From Segatella copri (GTDB lineage Bacteria > Bacillota > Negativicutes > Acidaminococcales > Acidaminococcaceae), in the NCBI GenBank assembly GCA_963597755.1, contig CAVBQX010000001.1, positions 40,533-104,532 of the forward strand: a DNA stretch of 64,000 nt, read 5' to 3'. Each line of letters begins with the position of its first letter. The stretch's first letter is position 1. This document shows positions 18,849 to 27,966 of this stretch, piece by piece. Made by a program: the position numbers and the translations under genes. Below the pieces are notes generated by a model. The model saw nothing but the letters and a program-made list of their open reading frames with translations. It was not told where the DNA came from and searched no databases.

Positions 18849-19829
18849 TTAAATTTTTAAATATGGCGTATTACATGCTGAATGCCACAGCTTAAGAAGC
18901 TCATCATCCATACGCGCCACACAAACCTGCAAACCTGCAGCATCCAGCACCGTCATCAGCTCACCCACTGCACTTACCGCTACCATCATCCCCTGCTCCG
19001 CTAAAAACATATTGACAGCACGGTAAACAATCAGCTGCTCCATAAGGGTTGTAGCACCGCTACCACTCACAAGCAGCAGCACTCTATCACCTGGCTGCAG
19101 CTGCAAAGCTTCTGTTAGCGGCTGCAGCATAAGCTCGGCAGCTGCGTCTGCAGGCAGGTCTGCTACCTCCCTGCCACCCTCGCCATACTGCCCTGCCCCC
19201 AGCTGCAATGTACAATCCGTAACGCTGTCACAGGCTACATCAGCAAACGGCGCCGCTCCTTTTGCCAGTACGGCGATTGTTGCCATATCATTAGCAAAAC
19301 GTTCCGCAATATCTGCAACCTCAGCCAGCGTTTTGCCTGCTGCCGCTGCCGCCCCTGCAATTTTGCAAAGCGGCATACAGCCCAAAAGACCACGACGCTG
19401 CTCAGGCTCAGAAGCGTTTTCGCTGACATCATCATGCGCCACCACCAGACGCACATTCAACCCCCAGGCTACAGCCTGCTTCATGGCCAACCTCGCTGTC
19501 AGCTCATCACCTGTTTGGTTTGCCACAACCAGCAGCACTCCACAGCCCCTATCTGCCAGCTTAAGCGCCACTGCACAGGACTGAGGTCCGGGAGCAGCAA
19601 AAACACTCCCTACCACTGCAATATCAACCATGCCCTCGCCCACATAGCCGCTCATCGCAGGTTCATTACCTGCCGCACTCAAAACTACAATAGTAACACG
19701 CTCTGCCTGAGCCAGCTTTTTATTAATTACAAGATTTCTATCCACTTCGACTATATCTTTATGCGCTAGTGCTAAACCCTCAAGCATCTCGCTCACAGCA
19801 TTTTCTGCCCTATTAATAAATCTATACAT
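18849..19829 (-). CDS. DhaK-family (dihydroxyacetone kinase substrate-binding subunit) homologue lacking both catalytic histidines
   Basis: DhaK motifs GYVGEGM, VF..P, N.TGD, DDV, RRG, SG.GAT..ME are present; GHEP reads GNEP and HGE reads YGE. Start at the ATG after GGAGG. Confidence 0.85.
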   Translation of the reverse strand: MYRFINRAENAVSEMLEGLALAHKDIVEVDRNLVINKKLAQAERVTIVVLSAAGNEPAMSGYVGEGMVDIAVVGSVFAAPGPQSCAVALKLADRGCGVLLVVANQTGDELTARLAMKQAVAWGLNVRLVVAHDDVSENASEPEQRRGLLGCMPLCKIAGAAAAAGKTLAEVADIAERFANDMATIAVLAKGAAPFADVACDSVTDCTLQLGAGQYGEGGREVADLPADAAAELMLQPLTEALQLQPGDRVLLLVSGSGATTLMEQLIVYRAVNMFLAEQGMMVAVSAVGELMTVLDAAGLQVCVARMDDELLKLWHSACNTPYLKI

Positions 19830-19922
19830 CCTATAACCTCCACTATTGTTACCAAAATTGACACAGCATACTTTGTACATACCAATTTACTAACTCGTAT
19901 ACTATTATACATTTATTTTACC

Positions 19923-20003
19923 AAAAAAGCTTTACCAAAGCCTGAAAGATTCATCAAAACCTAACGTTCAGACGAAAATCACAGCTACGGTAAAGCTCTT
20001 TTT
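19923..20003. terminator. Long-loop hairpin, probable terminator after the M23 gene
   Basis: AGCTTTACC/GGTAAAGCT arms flanked by A/T tracts. Confidence 0.45.
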
Positions 20004-20115
20004 ATTCCTGACTCAAATTCATAGCTGCCGCACATCACAATATGCGCAGCTTTACATCTTTAAAAATGGTATCTAAACATACCAACAACAAAACCAGCTC
20101 TGACGCACAAACCAG

Positions 20116-21540
20116 CTACATCAAGCTAGAAGGATTGACCTGCTTGCCGTCACGGATGACTTCAAAATGCAGGTGAGGACCGGTGCTGTAGCCGCTACTA
20201 CCAACATAACCGATAATCTGACCCTTCTTTACATATTCTCCAGCCTGGCAGGCAATGCTGCTCATATGACCATAGGCAGTCTGATAACCATAATCGTGAC
20301 CAATACGGACATAACGACCATAGCCGCCATACCAGCCAGCCTGTTGCACATAGCCTGCTGCACTGGCATACACCGGCGCACCATAATCAATGGCAATATC
20401 AATACCCGGGTGCCAATCACGACCATAACCGCTAAACGGATTAGCACGTCCGCCAAAGGATGAGGAAATATAGCCACCGCTGGTAGGCCATTGGCTCGGG
20501 GTAACCTCACGACGATAGTTTTCATTTTCAATGGCGCTCAGCAAATTTTCCAAATCTGCTTTTTTTGCATCTGCCTGGCGCTCAATATTTCTTTCCTGCT
20601 CCATCACCACGTTCATCTGGTTAGCCTCTCCCAAGAAAGGACCACCCTGACCGGCATAGGTAGAAGCATCACTCTTAGGTGGCAGCTGCGCGCCACTTTT
20701 CTCCATCTGACTACGTACCTGATCCTCCAGCTTAGACAAAGCCGCAAGCTTCTTTTGATTAGTTTCCGCCATCTGGCGCAGCTCTTTAATAGTCTGCTCC
20801 TGTGCCGACTTAGTCTGCTTATAAGCTTCCAGCTCCTGCTTCTGCTCCTCGCTCTGCACAGCAAAATGTGCCAGCACGCCAATAGTACAGGTCACAGCAA
20901 CCAAGAAGGAAGCCACAGCAGTAAATGCGTATTTCAAATGAGTCTTTTTTACATGGGTTTTAGCAATATGCTGTCCATCTGCAGGAATGAACCAAAAGGT
21001 AAAGTGTTGATTTCTAAGCCACATATTACGCAGAGCATCATAGCGTGCCTGCAGCCGTCCAACGACCTCCTGCTGCTTGGACTGTAATCTATCCACAACT
21101 TTCATAACAGCGAGCTTCACGCGACGGATAAGCATGGCCAATTGAATTTTGGCAACAGCCAGCATAACGCGCAACGTTTCCTGCAGTCTGCAGTAATAAC
21201 CCATGCCTGTAACCTTCACGCGGCGGATAAGCATGGCCAACTGAATTTTGGCAACAGCCAGCATAACGCGCAACGTTTCCTGCAGTCTGCAGTAATAACC
21301 CATGCCTGTAACCTTCACGCGGCGGATAAGCATGGCCAACTGAATTTTAGCAACAGCTAGCAAAATACGTGAACTTTCAGCAAACTGCGTTTTGCGGGCA
21401 GCCACTTTAAGTGACAGCTCTGCCACCCTTTGCTTAAGCAGTTCCTTTGCCTGCTCCAAGCTAGATACAGCCTGCTCCTTTATTTTACTATAACATTCAG
21501 ATACTTTCTGACTATACTGCTCTAAAAACTCTCGACCCAT
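20116..21540 (-). CDS. M23 family metallo-endopeptidase with TM, coiled coil and a repeat-containing N-terminal extension
   Basis: HPGID, YGH, STGPHLHFE zinc motifs. Confidence 0.92.
   Translation of the reverse strand: MGREFLEQYSQKVSECYSKIKEQAVSSLEQAKELLKQRVAELSLKVAARKTQFAESSRILLAVAKIQLAMLIRRVKVTGMGYYCRLQETLRVMLAVAKIQLAMLIRRVKVTGMGYYCRLQETLRVMLAVAKIQLAMLIRRVKLAVMKVVDRLQSKQQEVVGRLQARYDALRNMWLRNQHFTFWFIPADGQHIAKTHVKKTHLKYAFTAVASFLVAVTCTIGVLAHFAVQSEEQKQELEAYKQTKSAQEQTIKELRQMAETNQKKLAALSKLEDQVRSQMEKSGAQLPPKSDASTYAGQGGPFLGEANQMNVVMEQERNIERQADAKKADLENLLSAIENENYRREVTPSQWPTSGGYISSSFGGRANPFSGYGRDWHPGIDIAIDYGAPVYASAAGYVQQAGWYGGYGRYVRIGHDYGYQTAYGHMSSIACQAGEYVKKGQIIGYVGSSGYSTGPHLHFEVIRDGKQVNPSSLM
21115..21360. 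repeat. 99-bp in-frame tandem repeat, about 2.5 copies
   Basis: TTCACGCG recurs at 21116, 21215 and 21314; encodes a 33-aa unit LAVAKIQLAMLIRRVKVTGMGYYCRLQETLRVM. Confidence 0.95.
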
Positions 21541-21761
21541 GCTTATGCTCCTTTAATCACGTCAATATCTATCTATTTAGTATTTTTTAGTTTACACGCA
21601 TAATACAACGTATATATTCTAATACTTTTCCAGTCATTAGTCAAATTTTTCACTACTTGGCAGCTTTTTCTTTTCTTTATCTTTTTGCATAAATTATGTA
21701 TATTAAATTAAAAAGTAGCATTTGCAACACACTTGTCCGCGAATAATTTTATTATATTTCC

Positions 21762-21790
21762 TTGACAAAATTTATTTATTTAGGTATCAT
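21762..21790 (+). promoter_or_regulatory. sigmaA promoter for tRNA-Ala
   Basis: TTGACA-17 bp-TATCAT. Confidence 0.7.
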
Positions 21791-21808
21791 ATATAATGTA
21801 AATTGTTT

Positions 21809-21884
<76 letters not shown>

Positions 21885-21893
21885 TGTATATTT

Positions 21894-21920
21894 ACCGTTA
21901 GCAGTTGCTAGCGGTTTTTT
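21894..21920 (+). terminator. Terminator after tRNA-Ala
   Basis: ACCGTTAGCA/TGCTAGCGGT stem plus T-tract. Confidence 0.75.
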
Positions 21921-21925
21921 ATTGC

Positions 21926-21972
21926 AAAAATTAAGCCATGGACACAACTACTGCTTTGTCCATGGCTTTTTT
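21926..21972. terminator. Terminator after the AAA+ regulator gene
   Basis: 12-bp stem AAGCCATGGACA/TGTCCATGGCTT. Confidence 0.65.
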
Positions 21973-21979
21973 CATTTGT

Positions 21980-23860
21980 TTATTTCGTTTTAGGTCCCAG
22001 ACCATATTTTTTCAGATAGCGGTACAGGGTTACACGACTTACATCCAACATACTGGCCAGCTTGCTGATGTTACCACCAGCCGACTTCCAGGCAGCAATA
22101 AACGCTTCTTTATCGTACTTCCAGGAGCGCTCCAAGGTTTTATCACCAGGCAGCTTAATATTTTCAGCTTCGATAATGCTACCGGGTGTGTGGAAAAAGG
22201 CCTGCTCGATCACGCCTTGCAGCTGCTTGATGTTACCAGGCCAGCTGCAGGACAGTAAAAGTGAAATAGCCTCCTGCGACAGACGCTTTTGCGGCAGGTT
22301 GTGCTGCGCCGACATTTCCACCAGAATATGTCCGGCAATAACCTCGATATCCTTTACGCGCTCGCGCAGCGGCGGCACGCGCATCGTGGTATCCAGCACC
22401 AGCTCATACAGCTTGCGTGAAAACAGTCCTTTATCCGCAAGTCGCTTCAAATTGGAATCGCAGGCAGCAATTACACGCACGTCAAACATGCGCGGCTTAC
22501 CACCCTTTTCCTTGGCCGGCAGGCCATGCGTAAGCGCATCTGCCAGCTTATCACCCATTTCCAAAGGCAGCTTTTCTACCTCATCTAAGAACAGTGTGCC
22601 ACCCATAGCCAGCTCCAGCTTGCCTGCTGATTGCTGCTCTCCCTCATCCGTGCCAAAGAATTCCTCCTCCAGCTCAGCTATAGAAGCATTACGGCACTTT
22701 ACGGCAATGAGCGGTGCTGCGGCACGGGCACTAGCCTGATGAATACCATGTGCCAGGCGCTGCTTGCCGGTACCTGGTTCACCTTGCAGCAAAATATTAT
22801 GATCCGTGCGCGCTACGCGGCTGGCCTTATGCTGCAATGCCAAAAACTCGCTGGTTTCACCCACCATGCTATATAAGCTGTAACGACTGCTGTAGCCTGT
22901 AGCGTGGGCAATAGTCGTCTTCAAATCTTCAATGGACATAGAAAGCACCAAAGCGCTCTCCACCTCACTACCCACACGGATAGGCATAACAGTGGTAATG
23001 TCCTCGTAGGTCCTGTCCTGAGTGATCCAGGTGATTTCACGACGCTGCGTAGGCACACCCTTCAACGCCTTCTTTACAGGAATATGCTCGTAGTTGAGGA
23101 ATACATCCTGCAGGCTATCGTGTCCGTCTAAACGCTTACGGCCGTTTTCGTTGCAATATTTAACCTCACCGTTTTTCCCCAGCCAATACACAGTCACAGG
23201 CAGCTGCTCCATCATAATCTGGTTAATCGTCCAAGCCTCCAGCATATTCAGATGCTGTTCAATCGAATACTTCATCGTGAGCAGCAGGCTCAAAAGCAAA
23301 TCATAGGGCAGGTCGTTTTGATCTAACGAAAAGAAGGAAATGATATAACGGATTTTGCCGTTGACACAGATAGGCGCGCTGCAGGCATCGCCGGAATGAC
23401 TATCCTTGATCCACATTTCCGGACCAAACATCAAAAACGGCACATTATGCTCACGTGCAATGCTAATGCTGGATGTACCGACATCCTCCTCCAAAACGCG
23501 CATACCCTGGATATCCTCGATAATGCGCTGAAAAAACGGCATAGCATAATTTTTTATGACATAACCGTTTTCATCAATCAACAGCATGCTCAAATTATGG
23601 ATATTAAAATGCTGCTTGCTCTGCTCATACAGGCCATCAACATATTTTACAATAAACTCATGCGTTTTTTGGTGCGCAATAATTTCCTCGCGGCTAAGCT
23701 TGTTAATTTTAGGCATAGTTTCGTGCGGCAGGTTGATAGCACGGCAACGCTGCCAGCTTTCAGCTACCCACGGATGCACGTTGGGGTCAACAATGCCTTC
23801 CTCCATAAACTTCTTGTAATAAGAAGCAAGCTTTTCCTTATTTCGTCTTTCGCGAATCAT
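21980..23860 (-). CDS. GAF-PAS-AAA+-Fis HTH transcriptional regulator (AcoR/DhaR-like) without the GAFTGA loop
   Basis: SWQRC N-terminus, Walker A GEPGTGKQ, TLFLDE, PPLRER, WPGNIKQL, HTH VSRVTLYRYLKKYG. Confidence 0.9.
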   Translation of the reverse strand: MIRERRNKEKLASYYKKFMEEGIVDPNVHPWVAESWQRCRAINLPHETMPKINKLSREEIIAHQKTHEFIVKYVDGLYEQSKQHFNIHNLSMLLIDENGYVIKNYAMPFFQRIIEDIQGMRVLEEDVGTSSISIAREHNVPFLMFGPEMWIKDSHSGDACSAPICVNGKIRYIISFFSLDQNDLPYDLLLSLLLTMKYSIEQHLNMLEAWTINQIMMEQLPVTVYWLGKNGEVKYCNENGRKRLDGHDSLQDVFLNYEHIPVKKALKGVPTQRREITWITQDRTYEDITTVMPIRVGSEVESALVLSMSIEDLKTTIAHATGYSSRYSLYSMVGETSEFLALQHKASRVARTDHNILLQGEPGTGKQRLAHGIHQASARAAAPLIAVKCRNASIAELEEEFFGTDEGEQQSAGKLELAMGGTLFLDEVEKLPLEMGDKLADALTHGLPAKEKGGKPRMFDVRVIAACDSNLKRLADKGLFSRKLYELVLDTTMRVPPLRERVKDIEVIAGHILVEMSAQHNLPQKRLSQEAISLLLSCSWPGNIKQLQGVIEQAFFHTPGSIIEAENIKLPGDKTLERSWKYDKEAFIAAWKSAGGNISKLASMLDVSRVTLYRYLKKYGLGPKTK

Positions 23861-23903
23861 AAACTTAACCCTCCCCGGCTGCTAATTGCAGCTTAATGTA
23901 TCA

Positions 23904-24812
23904 TCATTTAACCTCACCGTTGGCAATCAGCACACGGCGTGCACCATAATAACGGCTTTTCCAATACTCTTCCTTCAAGGACGACAGCACTACTCCCCTG
24001 GAGGACGAAGCACTCCAGAATTTCCCGTTGCCGGCGTAAATACCCACATGGGAAGCACCTGCTGTATACGTGGTAAAGAACACTAAATCCCCTGGCCGCA
24101 GCTGCTTTTGCGTCACAAACACGCCCTCTAACGCCTGCTCGTCCGCCAAGCGTGGCAGCTTGGCCTTGCAGTCCTTAAAAACATGCTGCACATAGCCGGA
24201 GCAGTCAAAGCCCTTGGGCGTAGTTCCTCCAAAAACATAGGGAACACCCTTATATTTGGCTGCACGGCTGACAACGTCTCTGCCCTGCACCTTGGCTATG
24301 CCTTCTTTAGTAAAAGCCTCCCAGGTCAGCTTGCGATAAGTAGCATCATCCAACTTGCCATTTGCCTGCAGCTTATGTTGTTTTTGAAAGCTTTTCAGCG
24401 CCGCACTGGTAGACTCTGTCATGCGACCTGATGGTTTTTCACTACTCAGTCCCAAAACCTGCAGCTTTTGCTGCGCTACCTTTAAGCGCCAATTACTTTG
24501 TTTGGTCTGCACTTGATTGTCTTGGTGCTTCTTAGCAGATTTTACCGTATTTCTTTCCTGACGCTTATCGGGAGCTTTCGTTTTGCTATTTTTAGCTTCG
24601 CTGTCAGACTTACGCTCCTTGTCAGGCGATTGCTGTTTGTCTGCAGCTACGACTGCACTATTATCCCTAGCCTGTACAGAGGAACTATAATCATTGGTTG
24701 ACGCAGCCTTATGCGGCTGGTTACTCACAATAGGCGCCTGTGCGCAGGCCGCAAATGGCAGGCTGCAAAGTAACCATATACCTGCAAACAGTGAAGCAAT
24801 TCTTTTCATCAT
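23904..24812 (-). CDS. NlpC/P60 cell-wall peptidase with peptidoglycan-binding domain
   Basis: Signal peptide; ALKSFQKQHKL..NG.LD PG-binding motif; GFDCSG and SHVGIY. Confidence 0.9.
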   Translation of the reverse strand: MMKRIASLFAGIWLLCSLPFAACAQAPIVSNQPHKAASTNDYSSSVQARDNSAVVAADKQQSPDKERKSDSEAKNSKTKAPDKRQERNTVKSAKKHQDNQVQTKQSNWRLKVAQQKLQVLGLSSEKPSGRMTESTSAALKSFQKQHKLQANGKLDDATYRKLTWEAFTKEGIAKVQGRDVVSRAAKYKGVPYVFGGTTPKGFDCSGYVQHVFKDCKAKLPRLADEQALEGVFVTQKQLRPGDLVFFTTYTAGASHVGIYAGNGKFWSASSSRGVVLSSLKEEYWKSRYYGARRVLIANGEVK

Positions 24813-24835
24813 AAAAATCAGCCCTAATGAAAATC

Positions 24836-25729
24836 TTAATTATAGTTATATACGTCCCAGCTCTTGAGCTTGCTCAGCTCACGGATACTGTAGTCTATAT
24901 CACGCAGCAGACGTTCCTTGTCCCGTGGCAGGGTAGCTGCCAGCTGCACGTAGTTCGATACATGATTACTGCGGAAAAGGCAGTGTCTGTCTGCAGGCAG
25001 GTTAATATTTTCCATCATCAGCTTCAGCTCCTGCATAAGTCCCGCAGGTGAGAGCGGATTAAACTTGCCGGCCTCATACTGGTCCAAAAGCTCACTGCCA
25101 CGGTACAGCATCAGGCAAAGCGCGCTCAAGTGCGTCGGCTGGATGATATTGATGGCACGAGCAGTAGCCAAGGCATGACGCTCACTGCCCTCAACGCCTG
25201 CCAGACCCAAAATCACCATCATAGACAGCTTCATGCCACTGGCCGTAACCCTACGTCCTGCTTCCACAGCCTGCTCACCGTCAACGCCCTTGTTAACTGC
25301 TTTCAGCGTAGCATCATCGCCGGTTTCCATGCCATAATACAAAAGCTGCAGGCCTGCTTCCCTCAAAAGGCGCAGCTCATCCTCACTCTTACGCAAAATA
25401 TCCTTGGGTGCAGCATAGCTTGCAACGCGCTGCAAACGCGGAAACTGCTCGCGCAGCACCTGCAAAATTTTTAGCAGCTTGGCTGTTGGCAGCACCAATG
25501 CATCACCATCTGCCAAAAAAACGCGCCGCACCTTATCCTTGCCGTAATGTGCTGCTAATGCGATTTGGCGTGAAATCTCTTCGTCCTTTAATATTTGAAA
25601 CGGAACACCTCTGTACATGTTGCAGTAGGTGCATTTATTATGTGCGCAGCCACGCGTAACGCGCAAAATAAAGCTGCGTGCCTCACTTGGAGGTCTGAAA
25701 ACTGGTGTGTCATAAGAATCAAAAAACAT
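24836..25729 (-). CDS. Radical SAM protein of unknown function
   Basis: CAHNKCTYC cluster motif; RPPSEA, FLADGDAL, SNHVSNY. Confidence 0.88.
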   Translation of the reverse strand: MFFDSYDTPVFRPPSEARSFILRVTRGCAHNKCTYCNMYRGVPFQILKDEEISRQIALAAHYGKDKVRRVFLADGDALVLPTAKLLKILQVLREQFPRLQRVASYAAPKDILRKSEDELRLLREAGLQLLYYGMETGDDATLKAVNKGVDGEQAVEAGRRVTASGMKLSMMVILGLAGVEGSERHALATARAINIIQPTHLSALCLMLYRGSELLDQYEAGKFNPLSPAGLMQELKLMMENINLPADRHCLFRSNHVSNYVQLAATLPRDKERLLRDIDYSIRELSKLKSWDVYNYN

Positions 25730-25925
25730 TTCTACTATTCTACCTCATTTACATTTGATTGGTTGGCGCCAGTTAGATATCTCAGAGATTGTGTAAAGTA
25801 TAGTACACTTTAATATTATTATACTAGATTTTTTGCATTTTGTAACGTCCATGTGAAAACTTTTTGTTACTTTTTTTACAGAGATTTTGTGAACAGTGAC
25901 CAGAGTGTAAAATAATTGCAACCTT

Positions 25926-26105
25926 TTAATGGTTTCGACAGATTTTTTCCGCTACCTCCGTTGCCTTAGCCTGCACTGCCTCTGCATGACCTGTGAGCGC
26001 AGCAAAGGGCGAAAACTGCGCTGCCCGCTCCGTCATGCTCATCTGAGGATGTTTTTTAGATATAGGATGTGGTAAATCAATGATATCACTATAGTCGTCC
26101 TTCAT
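25926..26105 (-). CDS. Small YolD-like partner of a Y-family polymerase (59 aa; not in the ORF track)
   Basis: MKDDYSDIIDLPHPISKKHPQMSMTERAAQFSPFAALTGHAEAVQAKATEVAEKICRNH; ATGA overlap with the polymerase stop; RAAQFxPFAAL motif. Confidence 0.8.
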   Translation of the reverse strand: MKDDYSDIIDLPHPISKKHPQMSMTERAAQFSPFAALTGHAEAVQAKATEVAEKICRNH

Positions 26106-27568
26106 GCCTTATGTCCTCCAATCTGCCCGTTACGCTCCCTGGCAGTCGCACCCTCTAAAAAGTTCATACCCTTTAATATGGCATTTTTGCCAAAGCGTTT
26201 TTTTATCCGCAATTCTGCCAACTGCAGGCTGTGCTCACGCCGCATTTTTACCTGCTCCACTTCCTGCGTATCACTAAACAAATCCTGCTGCACGCACTGC
26301 AGCACACTTTGCGCTGGCAGCACATGATTCGCCACCAGCGTCAGGCGGCGCACCCAAAGAGCGTTGTCAGTAATACGGCCGTACAGCTCACAGGCCGACT
26401 TTATAATCAGCCTGGCGGACGCCGTATATCCTGCTAAATTTATCGTTCCATGCGCATGCTGCGGCACTGCACGCCCGTAGCAGTCCACAGTTACTACACC
26501 CCTGTAGCTGCTGCCGGTACGCAAATTATCTATATCATAACCAACTGTCAGCACCAGCTGATCCGTCTGCAAATTTTTATCTACCAAATCTAGTGCCAAA
26601 GCGTCAGCCATTTCCTGCAGCACCAACCCGGCCTTAGCTGCAGTATAAGGCTCATGCAGCACCTGCCCCGAACACAGGCTGCGCTCAGATGGCTTATATG
26701 CCTTCACCGCCTCAACTGTACAAGGCTCCCAGCCCCAGGCATGGTCAATCAAAAGCTCGGCATTTTTGCCAAACAGCCTGTAAAGCAAATCCTCGTTGTC
26801 CAGCGAGCAACGGGCAACATCTCCCAAGGTATACAAGCCTATAGCCTCCAGCCTGCGTGCATAACCATGCCCGATACGCCAAAAATCCGTCAACGGCCTG
26901 TGCTGCCACAGCTCGCGTCTGAAGCTTGCTTCATCCAAAGCAGCAATGCGCACGCCATTTTTATCTGCTGCTAAATGCTTAGCACGCACATCCATCGCCA
27001 CCTTCGCCAAAAATAAATTCGTACCGATCCCTGCTGTGGCGGTAATGCCAGTTTCTGCCAGCACATCCAAAATCATACGCATAGCCAGATCCCTCGGTGC
27101 CAGGCCGTAAATTTTATCATAACGGGTAACATCAATAAACACTTCGTCTATGGAATAAACTATAATGTCCTCAGGTGCCACATAGCGCAGGTAAATTTCA
27201 TAAATGCGCGTGCTGTATTCCATATAATATGCCATCCTCGGCGGTGCGACAATAAAATCCAACGCCAGCTGCGGCTGCAGCTGCAGCTCACTCTTAAAGC
27301 AGGACGCCCCCTCAAGGCACCTGCGGGGAGCAGCAAAGCGGCGGGCAGCATTCACCTCACGCACACGCTGCCTAACCTCAAACAAGCGGCAACGTCCGCC
27401 TAAGCCATAGCTTTTGAGCGAGGGTGTAACTGCCAGGCAAATTGTTTTGTCTGTCCTGCGTTCATCCGCCACCACCAAGTTAGTATCCAACGGATCCAGA
27501 CCGCGCTCACGGCATTCCACTGATGCGTAAAATGATTTCAAATCTATAGCTATGTACGTGTGTTGCAT
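26102..27568 (-). CDS. Y-family translesion DNA polymerase (UmuC/UvrX/PolY2-like)
   Basis: IDLKSFYASVE, YSIDE, GIGTN.FLAK; clamp-binding-like QQDLF; C-terminal GGH. Confidence 0.93.
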   Translation of the reverse strand: MQHTYIAIDLKSFYASVECRERGLDPLDTNLVVADERRTDKTICLAVTPSLKSYGLGGRCRLFEVRQRVREVNAARRFAAPRRCLEGASCFKSELQLQPQLALDFIVAPPRMAYYMEYSTRIYEIYLRYVAPEDIIVYSIDEVFIDVTRYDKIYGLAPRDLAMRMILDVLAETGITATAGIGTNLFLAKVAMDVRAKHLAADKNGVRIAALDEASFRRELWQHRPLTDFWRIGHGYARRLEAIGLYTLGDVARCSLDNEDLLYRLFGKNAELLIDHAWGWEPCTVEAVKAYKPSERSLCSGQVLHEPYTAAKAGLVLQEMADALALDLVDKNLQTDQLVLTVGYDIDNLRTGSSYRGVVTVDCYGRAVPQHAHGTINLAGYTASARLIIKSACELYGRITDNALWVRRLTLVANHVLPAQSVLQCVQQDLFSDTQEVEQVKMRREHSLQLAELRIKKRFGKNAILKGMNFLEGATARERNGQIGGHKA

Positions 27569-27735
27569 CTATCTTACTCCTTTTGACTTATATGTTTATT
27601 ATAACATTATTTTACGTACATGTCTGCTGTTTTATAAATTTATTTTCGTTTTATTGGCGTATACTTTTCAATCAAACAGTGAAAAACGCGCTAATATCAA
27701 TGCTGAAAAATCAAAAAAGCTTATTTAAAGCACAC

Positions 27736-27764
27736 AAAAACCGCTTGCACTAAGCAAGCGGTTT
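27736..27764 (-). terminator. Terminator after tRNA-Ser
   Basis: AAACCGCTTGC/GCAAGCGGTTT stem with U-tract. Confidence 0.7.
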
Positions 27765-27810
27765 GGTATAAGTCCAACGAGTATACTATTTTAAATCTCT
27801 AACGATGAAA

Positions 27811-27900
27811 TGGCGGAAAGGGTGGGATTCGAACCCACGGAGGGCTTGCACCCTCGCCAGTTTTCAAGACTGGAGCCTTCAACCACTCGGCCACCTTTCC
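27811..27900 (-). tRNA. tRNA-Ser(UGA)
   Basis: 90 nt with long variable arm; anticodon arm CCAGU-CUUGAAA-ACUGG; G73 discriminator; encoded CCA. Confidence 0.96.
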
Positions 27901-27911
27901 ATCAAGATTCT

Positions 27912-27940
27912 ATTATACGGTAAAATGCGTGCCTCGTCAA
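27912..27940 (-). promoter_or_regulatory. sigmaA promoter for tRNA-Ser
   Basis: TTGACG-17 bp-TATAAT. Confidence 0.75.
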
Positions 27941-27966
27941 CACTTTTCCTTTGCCGACGCAAATTA

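Noticed and set aside
21115..21360. Repeat as a CRISPR array
   Set aside because: Whole 99-bp units repeat with no unique spacers, it is in frame within a CDS, and there are no cas genes.
25763..25780. TTGGCGCCAG as a sigma54 -24 element
   Set aside because: No TTGC -12 element at the required spacing on either strand.
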